This document shows positions 53,317 through 64,000 of a DNA stretch of 64,000 nucleotides, in pieces. The stretch lies in NCBI RefSeq assembly GCF_009914755.1, contig NC_060932.1; one strand, written 5' to 3'. A program made the translations under genes and the position numbers. A model generated the notes under the pieces. The model worked only from the letters and a program-made list of their open reading frames with translations. It did no database searches and was not told the origin of the DNA. How positions within the stretch are numbered: the stretch's first letter is position 1; every line of letters starts with the position of its first letter. Source of the DNA: the human T2T-CHM13v2.0 reference genome, Homo sapiens.

Positions 53317-54204
53317 TTGTTTTTAATATCAGACTCAATCTAAAAGACTTTCCTGTATTCCAAAGCTTATTCCCATTGCTGTATCAGTGTTCAGAAGAAA
53401 ATTCAGGAAATACAGAGATAAGCTACTTCATTACTCAAAAAGAGACCAGAACTAGATTTTTAGAGTGCATTGAAATAGAGTTGATGAGACAATTTCCATT
53501 CATATATTTCCATTAGTACCTGAATTTTTAGCAAATATTGGCTACTCTTAGCTTAAAGTTAAAGACATATGAAAACTACGAAGTTTTCATCAGCTGGCCT
53601 GGGATATAGGTGGTCACAGTGTTCAGATAGTAGTTCCCTTTAGCACACCTAGGCAAAATTTCCACCTGTTCCTAATGTTGAAGTGCAGCAGTGAATTCCA
53701 GAGCCACTATATCCTTTGTATTTGCACTGTATAATACAATTATGCTGAAGTTAAATGTTTACTATATTATATGCAGCTCTTGTTCTAGTGTGGGCTATGG
53801 TAATCCACAATCCTTTTGTTTTTTTTACCTTTAAAGTTCGTAGTTAGAAACAGCTTTAAATATTCATGGTGAGGATGAGCAAGCCAGTTACATTCCAATT
53901 GACAACTGTATCCCAGGTCCTGAGATTCAAGCAGGCAGATTAGATCATCAGAATCCTGACAGGATGGTGTCCTCACCAGTATCTTATCTCCCTATACTAT
54001 CCTCTTACCATGATGTCTCATTGGGCTACAATTTAATATGAGAATAGAGTAAAAGTACTTATTCAAATGTAATGAGGAGTTTTGTGGCTTGATTAGTTCC
54101 TATGTATTTCTTAAAATCCATATTATATTTGTAGTACACTTGATCCCCCATCCCCCTCAAATATAATAAAACAGCTGTGTTATAAATCACAAAACTATTG
54201 TGCT

Positions 54205-54335
54205 ATTCTAGAACTAGGTAGCGGTGATGATTGCACAACGTTGGGAATGTGTTTAATGCCACTAAATTGTATACTTTAAAATGGTTAAATTGGTAAATTT
54301 TGTGCTGTACATATTTTACTAAAATAAAACATATT
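54205..54335 (+). mobile_element. L1MB-type 3' end fragment
   Basis: GGTGATGATTGCACAAC ... AATGCCACTAAATTGTATACTTTAAAATGGTTAA. Confidence 0.8.
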
Positions 54336-54482
54336 AATTATATTAATTTTAAAAGTTGTGCAACATTCAGACATATAAAAGACAAATTAGAACCTGCCTC
54401 TGATGGCTTCCAGCTTGACCTCTGCATAGTTGGAAAGGTTACTTAGCTATTCGTCAGTGTTTTCTTGATTTATATCAGATAA

Positions 54483-54860
<378 letters not shown>

Positions 54861-56339
54861 TGCATATGTTTCTTTTTATTCATAAACTAAATATCCATTG
54901 AACCTTTGCTATAGACAAAGCATTGTACTACTCTAAAGGCAAACTACTTTAAAGGCAAAACACTGTACTACTCTAGAGTCAAATGAAATCCCTGTGCCTC
55001 CCTGGGATTTGCCATCTAACAATAGAGTAGTGAAAAAATATTTTAATGTCTTATATATACCAGGCATCACCCAAGTGGAAGGGAAATAAAAAGTTCCTGG
55101 GTTTTGGTGAGTTTAGAGTCTTATATAGGGAAATGAACATGAAATAGACTTCTACCATGTGGCCCATATCCTCACAGGGCAGAAACAAAGGCATTTGAAC
55201 ACACAGGCAGTAGGGGGCAAACCATGAATGAGGCTGCCTCCAAAACATCATGACCCATTTGGGGAAGTACATTTAGTATGAAAACATTCATGGCTTTATG
55301 TGAACCTGGACTTCATTCAGCAGTTCCAGGCACTATTCCACTTATACAGGACAGATTTATACAGACCCAGAAGAAATGAAAACATATTGCTTAGATTCAG
55401 TCACTAGATTATGGTTCTAACTAACCCAGTTAGCACAGCCAGAATAGTCTGAATTTCTTAAATCCAGAAATAAAACCCTAGGGATCATGCTAATCCAGAA
55501 CTCCTACATGTCCAGCCATCGACAGGACTAGCTCTGTGAACTTAAATGCATCATTTCACTCTTCTGAACTCTAAAATGATGGCAATAGATTACATGCCAT
55601 TATGTCTATCATTGGTATGATTTCTTTATTATTCCATGTGGTCTGATACTTTATATATGAGAACTTAGAAAAATGCTGATAAAGCTAAATGTTTCTTTAA
55701 GATTGATAATCATAAAAAAATCAGTACTGCTGCATCTGAAAACTTGAGTGCCAAGGGGTAAGTAGTGTCTAATAATTAATAAAAAGTGATTGTAAAGCAT
55801 TTTGCAAACATAAAATGCCAGATAATTTATAAATATTTAAATAGTTATTAAATTTAATATGAATATTACATACATACCATTTTGATTTCCTATGCCACTT
55901 TATTGCCTCAGAGTGCTTCACAGATATTAATTATGTTACTGTTGATATTATTGCTGTTAATTGCATGGTTTCTTGAGGGGGTATATTCCAGGTAAAGAGG
56001 AAAGGGGAAATAAGGGTGAATAATTAGTTTTACAATGTTATTACTGGAAGGCAATATTCTTTTCTGTTACAATGTATTTGAGGTTTAAGTCAATTAATTG
56101 CTTGGTTTGTAGGGTTCCATTTTCTCCTAAATCTGGTTTTGACATTGCTGCTTCCGATTTCATTTGCTAGATTATAAATTTCTCTGAGTCACAGGTCACT
56201 TTTTTCATTTTTTCCAATCCTCCAAAGTTTCTTGCCTACTTGACGGCTTAAAAAATATACTTGCCAAGCCATGAAGGGCTAGAAAGCCAACACAGTGAAT
56301 AATGACAGGTCTCAGCATGTCCCACCTGACAGCCCAGGC

Positions 56340-56450
56340 AATCCTTGTACCCTTGCAAGCAGGCATAATGGGCCCATTTGAGAGATGGGGAAACTGAGGC
56401 TAAGGCAAACTAACGAGAGCACTAAATCTACCTAACTCGTGAGTGATGGA
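56340..56450 (-). mobile_element. MIR core fragment
   Basis: CCCATTTGAGAGATGGGGAAACTGAGGCT. Confidence 0.7.
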
Positions 56451-58717
56451 CTCACTTCTGATATTAAAATTCCTGCTTTTTCTCATTAATACTACTTCCC
56501 TAGAAACTTAATTAATAAAAAGTTAGAGTTATTTGGGACAGGAATTTGTAGGGAACTATTATATGTTTTAAAAATCATTCTTAACTGAGGGTTTAAAAAG
56601 GCTTTCAAAACTTTGCTAAGGAGAAGGGAAAAAGGAGTAAGAGGAAGAAGCAATGAAGGGAAAAGAGGGGAAAAAAATAAATAGACCCAGAAAAGCAAGA
56701 AAACATTCAAATAAAAGAACACTTCTCCATAGAGACAAAGACAGGAACTTATATACCACCTCAAGGTAGTAACTCATGTAGGGCGGGGAGTTAGAATAAG
56801 AAATAGAATTTACCTAATAGCCTGTGGGCTTAGTTGTGGAGGTGTGGTGGAGTCTATAAGCAAAACCACAAAGCAAGCACATGAGAAAGTAATTGGCTTT
56901 GCTGATAAGAGGCCAGGAAGAGAGCTGGCTGCAGGTGGGCCTAGTGATAAGCAGAATGTATGATGCTGTGGAGACTTGATTGGAATAGTTTAATAAAAGC
57001 ATGTGACTGCTGCCAATTAGAAGCTAAAAGTAAAATAAGATTCTGCTGCTAATTTTGCATCCAAGTAGAATTATACTGTGATTAGGCTAATAGAGTGGCA
57101 TTGGAAATCTGTAGGCACTGCACTGGAGACTCACTATCTAGCAAGCAGCTGAACAGAAGCAGTAAAGCATCACTATCTCCACCTTACCTGGCCCATGAGA
57201 TGCTCATGCAGAAACAAGCTTGTGCAGAGGCAGCTCAAGAGAGAGAATAGAGGCTTCCTGACATGCTCAGGAAAAGGATGCTAGCTTCAAGACCCAGACC
57301 CAAAAGGGTACTTAGTCTTGTGGGAATTGCATATCTCTGGAAGTGCAATACTCAGAGACACTTTTAAGGAAGCCTACTAATAACTTTTCTACAACCTGCC
57401 AAGTGTCTTGCCTAGAAACAAGCCCCCTCTGTGAGATGAAGCTCTATTGTTTTAAGCCGGGAAGGTCTTGCCAGGGATTTCTTTAACTGGGGTCACCCTC
57501 CACTCCAACTTCAGTAAGAAAAGAGAGCATTCCACAACGTGGAGATAAGGTGGTGTCCAAGACTACATATAAATGGTCTGCCTAACTGAAGAAACAAGAT
57601 ATTCTCTTCTATTCTTTGGTATATCATAGTTCTCTTTTTCCCCTGACTCCCGCCACCTCTCTCTTCTCCCCAGTCCACACTGGGACTTGGATTAAAGGCT
57701 GATTTACATCTGTTGTGTGTCCTAATTTCCCAAGAGTGTATGAATGAATTTACAACAAAAGAGTTTCTCCTTTTATTTCCATGAAATGTGATGTGTGGTG
57801 TCATTCAGCAGCTAGTGACATGTGGGATGGCAATAATAAGGTCTTGCTTTTTGAAATAATCTGTGAACAATCCATGTTTAACTGTTCTTCCTATTCAAAT
57901 TAATTCAGATATTGAAATTATATTGCAGAGTATCTGAATTCTTAAAGCACCACACTTCAGGTGGCAGCATGGTAGAAAGAAGCACTGTCTATTCCTAAAA
58001 TGAAACTGGTTAGCTAGTACTTAAAGTGAAAACTAACATGTTACAAACCACATCCAACTCAAAGCAAGGGCCTCAGCCTCCTGAGGTTCATGTAACGATA
58101 GCTGGTTTCTCAGCCTCATTCTCTAAGCTATGCTAACACCATTCTAACTTTCATTCTACATATTCAAATCCAAGTACGCAGGTTAAACCTGCTGTTCTTT
58201 ACCTGAAATGATAATACTTGCTTGGTTTGGAAGCACCAAAGTGAAGACCTTCTCACCTATTGAACAAATATTATTAAATTTCTTGTACTTTCACACCTCA
58301 AGAAATCTGTCTGTTTTTAAGTCAGAAGCCCTGATCATTGGCTCAAATTTCTTTGCTCAATTTCATGTACTTGAAACAGAGATGCACAACATACAAGCTT
58401 CATACTCAAGCCCTTCAAGTGTTTCTGACAAGAAACTAAATCTTTGAGTCTTTATAATACTCTGATGCTGATTTTCTTTATTGATTCTTCAGTATAATTG
58501 AGAAGAAAGCTGGTTTGGTTACTTAAAGACGGTCAAGTTGCTAGACAAATATTTATTGAATTAATGACAATAATGCATGCACATAATAAATATTCAAATA
58601 ATACAAATTCAAATGAGTACTATTATACCTAATTTTTTCCATCAAATAGAGGTAACAGATATAACGGTTATCATTTGAGGGGGTATATGAGCATTGTTTC
58701 AGATACTTTCCAATATT

Positions 58718-59197
58718 TATGGTGAGCAGAATAAGGGTCCCCCAAAGATGTCAACATCCTAATAATCCCTGGAAACTGTGACTGTATTACCTTACATGAT
58801 AATAGAGACTTTGCAAATGTGATTAATTTAGGGATATTGAGACGTGAAAATTATTTTAGATTACCCGGGTCAGACCAATTCATCACAAGGTCCTTCTAAG
58901 TGAAAAAGGGAGGCAGGTGAGTAAGAGTCAGAGAGAAATTTGCAGATGCCATGCACTGGCTTTCAGATGCAGGAAGGGAGCATGAACCAAGGAACACAGG
59001 AAGCCTCTCGCAATTTAAACACGCAAAGAAACCCCTTCTCACCTAGGGCCTCCAGAAGGAACACAGCCTTGCTGAAACCTTGATTTTAGCATAAAGAGAG
59101 CCATTTCAGACTTCTAATCTCCAGAACTCTTGGATAATATGCATGTGTTATTTTAAATTTGTGATAATCTGTTATAACAGCAATAGAAAAGGAATAT
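58718..59197 (+). mobile_element. MLT1D-like MaLR LTR
   Basis: GCAGAATAAGGGTCCCCCAAAGATGTC ... CCTCCAGAAGGAACACAGCC ... TAACAGCAATAGAAAA. Confidence 0.9.
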
Positions 59198-59309
59198 GAG
59201 TCACATGTAACAGCCTAAGATATCCATTACTGGAATAATTCAATTGATCATCATCCACCCTAGGATCAGGCCAGTTAAATACAACAAGAATTGGAGAATG
59301 GGAGAGAAA

Positions 59310-59530
59310 TTAATATTTTTAGTGCTTACTCTGTGGTACCACAGAGTGATGGGTAGAAGGGCCGTATGGTACCACAGAGTAACCACTGCAAATGTCATTT
59401 ACTAGCATTCATCCATTTAACTCTAAATGCAATACACATTTTACAGTTAAAGAAACTGAGGTATCATGGGGTTAAATGACTCACCCAGTTTCCTATTGCT
59501 AGAGGTAGCAGCATTGGAAGTCTAGCTCTA
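59310..59530 (-). mobile_element. MIR interrupted by a palindromic rearrangement
   Basis: AGTGCTTACTCTGTG ... CATTTTACAGTTAAAGAAACTGAGG ... GGTTAAATGACTCACCCA. Confidence 0.75.
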
Positions 59531-60554
59531 GAAATGGCATTCTTAACCCATCATATATGAAACTATAATGTATGACATATGACCCGTTGTGCTAACATTC
59601 TTTATCAAAGGTAGTCCATCAATCACAAACTTTGCATGGCATGTGGATGGCCTCCTATTTTTAAGGTTCCCCCTTCCATCACAGTCATTTCTCTGAAACT
59701 TTCTCATTGCCGACAATCCCTGTTGTCCTTAATCACTATGCCAGAGACGGTACCTCCACAATGCACCACAGCACACAGAAAAAAAATAACAGGCAGAATC
59801 AGGTTTCTATCTTGTCCATAGGCTATGGAATGTTTGCTGTAAGATGTCACACCAAGAATGACTTGGTAAAGGCCTAATTCAGTCTGAGTAGAGGGTTGGA
59901 TGCCTAGTTACGGAAGCAAAAGTTATTCTGGACAAAATTAGGTTGCAGATACAAACTTGAGATAGATGTTATCCAACATTTCCAAAAAAAAAAAAAAAAA
60001 ATACAGCAGGCTAGGAGAATTAGAATGGATTTTCAATTAATCCTTCACTTGATTATAAGATCCTTCTTGGTAGGAACAATGTTTAAATTCAATTTTAAGT
60101 CCTCAGAATTTAATACAGTTCATTGAACTTAGTAGAAATTGATTAAATGTTGATCAGCTATGTTATCCAGAAAAATATCTCAGAGACACTGTTTCATTGC
60201 TCAGAGGACTCTTTTGAGATTTTCCCCCTATTAGTCTTGAAAATATAGATCTATGACTCTCTCATACAACATTTTGAAGTTTGGCCAGCCTACTTCTGCA
60301 ATTTTCTTTCTCACTAACAAGAGAATGTTAGCATGTCTGCAGAGCTTAATGTTGCATCATCAGAATCTTTGAGAACATAGCAGATTGTTTAACTTGCTTT
60401 TAAGGAGCAATAAACAAACTAAGAAAAGTTACGATCCATGGTAGATATAGGCTCTGTCACAGGATTTGGAAAAGCAAAACCACCAAGGATGCTGAACAAG
60501 AAATTACTAAAAGAATGTCCCTTTAAAATATAAGCTCCTTCTTACACATACTAC

Positions 60555-60600
60555 TAAACAAAATTACTTACAGAACAATAAACAAAAATTACTTACAGAA
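60555..60600. repeat. 24-bp tandem duplication
   Basis: TAAACAAAATTACTTACAGAA CAA TAAACAAAAATTACTTACAGAA. Confidence 0.9.
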
Positions 60601-62771
60601 AATCAACAGAGATCTCTAATATAAAACTCCTTTTGGATAAAATTTCAACAACACTTAAACACTAAAAACCTAACAAGTATTAGAGAATGAGCAGGGAGCC
60701 ATACTCGCTTCTGCTCTTAGATGAACCTTAGGTCAATTGGGAAAATTTTTCTAAAAGTAAATATCTATAAACTATCTGGGATTTTAGGTTAACAAAAGCC
60801 ATGCAACAAATTGGAAAAGAAAAAAATCCATAGGTAAGACATACATCTTATGTCCAATCTCTTCACAGTCTTCCTTTGCCTGCACTTTGTTTAAAGCAGT
60901 CATTCCCATGGGGCTGAATGCACGTAAAGGGCTGAGCCAACCAAAGGGCATGAGACACTTTTGAGATGGAGAGTTTGGAATCTGGAAGGGGATCAATCAA
61001 TTGCTCTAAGGGATGGTAAGTCAGATTTAAGAGATGGGACTGCAGGGTAAAGGCAATGCAAGCTCACTTGATTCTTCCTGCCCCATGATATTCTCCTGCT
61101 TCCTCCTGGATTTCCTCTTCCAGTTTGGGTCCTGTTGTCTTTCTCCTTTTATTCTACCTTCCTAGTCCATTTCCCTTGTTTTTCACCTTTCTCTTTTATC
61201 CTTTATTTCCATGTATAAATTTACGATCTGCTTCTTTCTTCCTGTTTAACTGGCTGTGACAATGAGCTGAAGCATATTTTTATTACTTTATGGAATAAAG
61301 TTTTAAGTTCTTTTCTTTTCATTTTGTTAATGAACAAGTTGGCAATTTTATGTATCTTTTTCCTTTCTGATATTAGTTCATTTTACGTTCTTCCTACATA
61401 TTTTTCTGTAAATTGTTCTTCAAAGACAGAGTCTCCATTCTTGCATAGATAGACCCTCTCCATTGCCTGCTTTTCTTCACTTCCTTCATTGACATATATG
61501 AAATCCATGTGGTCCCTGTATTTCAAGAGGAGAAGCGGAATATGACAGGGAATGCTCACTCCTCTTCAGAAAGAAGCAGTCATCTGCTAAAATGCACAAA
61601 GGGCAATTGTGAAATTTTCTATGGGGGCTGTGATTTAATTTCTCACCATTGCACTGGTGGAGATAAAGGTGAGAGGTCTTTTATTGATGTGCTTTTCTTT
61701 CAGTGCTTAATGGTAATGTGAATTTGATCCACATTTCTACTGCATTTAGATTTTTGTTACTGGCAAAAATAGAAAGCTCATTGATGCCCCAAAATATCTC
61801 TTTATAATTCAGGTAATGTCATGTAGGATAAATCAGTATGAATTTCAAACTCTTGAAACCATTAAAGACAAAGGCCTCTCTATTCCAAAGGGAATGTAGA
61901 AAATATGAATAAATCATAATGTTCTGATGTTAAGGTATTGCTAGAGGTCAAGTGGACTTGGAGCTATGTGGCAATTTCTTATGTGGGTATTTTAATAGAA
62001 TTTCATTTCTCTTAAGAAGGATAAAATTTTTGCATCTTGTATTATTTTCAAATGAGGGATACTCATTTGAATTAATATCAAGAAGCATCCCATGCAGAAT
62101 TTTTAAAAATCATCAGTCTGCCATCTTATCCACATTATTTTGTACCTTCAGGCTCTTGATGTAGTTTTTATGAACAGGATTCAAATAAATTGGCTCTTTT
62201 TCCTTGGTGGTTTCTTTAATTACTTTGTTATTATCCAAGGAACTGGTTTAATTTAAATGAACACTGTGTTCCTGCTACTACCATCCAGAGAAAACACAGA
62301 CTCAGAACATGCTGTTTTGTAGTTAAAGTGTATGTCTCTGCATGGGGATGCCAGAATCGGGTAGTTCAATGGCAGCTTCCTATTTTATATAAAGAGCAAA
62401 TCCAGCCTTTCTTGTGAAATCATTGTCTTCCCCAAAACTCCTATTCATCTCACTAGATACAAAGAATAAATAGTACATGTATAAATAAATATTTTTAGGG
62501 AAATATGATAGCATTCAAGCCAAGCAACCCAGCAAGTTTAGGTAGTTCTTTTTCCCCCAACTATTTTTATAGGAGGTACATTTTAAAACCAATTATGGGC
62601 TGAAGTTATCATAAGTGATCCAACCCTCCACTCAACCTCCAAGATTTTGACATTACATCAAAGTCTTGTTACACGCTTATTTGTAACTGAGATGTTTGCA
62701 AAGGTGCCGAATTCCCCTTCCCCTTTGTAGCTTTCATCCAACAAAAGTATATTATAAATTTCAAAGGAACA

Positions 62772-62802
<31 letters not shown>

Positions 62803-62816
62803 TATAAATATATATA
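62772..62816. repeat. (TA)n/(CA)n microsatellite
   Basis: Visible run. Confidence 0.85.
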
Positions 62817-63379
62817 CAAACATTAGGATGCCATAAAGTATTTTACAGACACCATGGAAATATAAAATTGTATTTCATTTCCTGAAATAGTTATAGTTTC
62901 AACCCCAGCTCCATCTCTTTAACTGAAGCCATGTGTGAGAAAAGCAAGTTAAATCTTTGGAAACACTCTATTTCGGGCTATTGACTGAGACCCTCCAGAA
63001 ATCATAGCTTTTCTCCTGCTGCAAATAGAGTGGAGAACAGACTTTCTCATCTGCTAGGGAATGAGAAAGAACTGGTATGACTGGGGGAGATTTCTTGACC
63101 TATGAACAAATAGCCAAATAGCAGCCTCATACTTCTTTTATCTTTCACTTGAGAATTAACATTTCTGTCATACAGTAGAGACTTATTTTTTTTCATGTGC
63201 AAAGAATTTATCTAAAACATGACCCTTTGCCAGAAACGACAGCAAAACCTATGGCACCAGGAGAGTGGGTACATCCCCTTAAAATGGTGCCAGAGAATAC
63301 TGTACACATGATGAACAGAGAGATCAAACATTGTCACTATTTGCAATGGAAGCGTCCATGTCTCAATGTCAAACTGGAA

Positions 63380-63600
63380 TTATAGTTAGGAGCCTGCTTT
63401 CTGGAACCAAATACACCTGGATTTAAATTTTTGCTTTCCCTGTTACTGGGTGATCTTAGCTCCTCTCAGCCTCAGTTTTCTCATTTGTAAAATGGGGATA
63501 AAAATAGTGTCTAACTCTCTGGGTGGTATTGTGAAAATTCAGTGTGAAAAAGCATGTGGAAAGCTTAGCATGGCTCCTAGCATATGAATGCTCAATATCA
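63380..63600 (+). mobile_element. MIR
   Basis: CTCTCAGCCTCAGTTTTCTCATTTGTAAAATGGGGATAA ... AAAGCTTAGCA ... GCTCAATA. Confidence 0.88.
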
Positions 63601-63684
63601 TCATCACTAGCAGAGCAGGCTCAGAAAATTCCCTTGATCCCAGGAAGCCGACTGTCTGCTGTTACCCAGCGCATTCCGGTAGAT

Positions 63685-63847
63685 TGCGTTTCTCAAAAAT
63701 GTAGTTCTTCGACTACCTGCATCTGCCTCTCTTGGAGTGCGTTTAAAAAGTGCAAATTCCTGGGCCCCACCCAGGACACCGGAATCTCTGAGTGTCAGGC
63801 TGGGAGTCTCCACCTTTAACAAGTTTACTAACTTTGGAAACCGCTGC
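63685..63847. mobile_element. MER5A MITE
   Basis: GTTTCTCAAA ... TGCAAATTCCTGGGCCCCACCC ... TTTGGAAACCGCTG. Confidence 0.8.
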
Positions 63848-64000
63848 CCTAAATGAGGTCACCCCTCAGCCCATCCACCAAAGCATTTGACCCTGACACA
63901 AGGCACCCTTGATTCAGACAGCTACAGTCATTACTGGTACCTGCTGAGTGCCTTTTTACACAGGTACTTATTCAAGTACAGAGATAATGAGGAAGCGGTG

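Noticed and set aside
57181-57420. Possible minus-strand exon ending at the strong donor CAG/GTAAGG
   Set aside because: Only a weak acceptor upstream, and isolated donors are common (e.g. near 30250 and 61016).

Overview
AT-rich, CpG-poor primate (probably human) genomic DNA, intergenic or deep intronic. I cannot support any protein-coding gene, RNA gene, CpG island or CRISPR array; the longer ORFs in the track are L1, Alu or low-complexity artefacts. The first 15 kb is a retroelement cluster: the 5' 5.7 kb of an L1PA7-like element on the minus strand (antisense promoter region with an ORF0-like frame), a Charlie1 fragment, a near full-length old L1M on the plus strand, and an L1MA 3' piece with nested Alu and THE1 insertions. 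The rest is unique DNA with scattered Alu, MaLR/ERV LTR, MIR, L2, MER5 and L1 remnants. The most unusual signal is a set of locally templated copy events. There are four fold-back inverted repeats of different apparent ages: a perfect 42-bp stem with a 9-nt loop at 24011-24103 (pre-miRNA-sized), plus 19218-19253, 35788-35857 and 59321-59387. There is also a ~160-bp insertion copied from 1 kb away and several short tandem duplications. Repeat subfamily names come from remembered consensus sequences, not from a search, and boundaries of old repeats are approximate.
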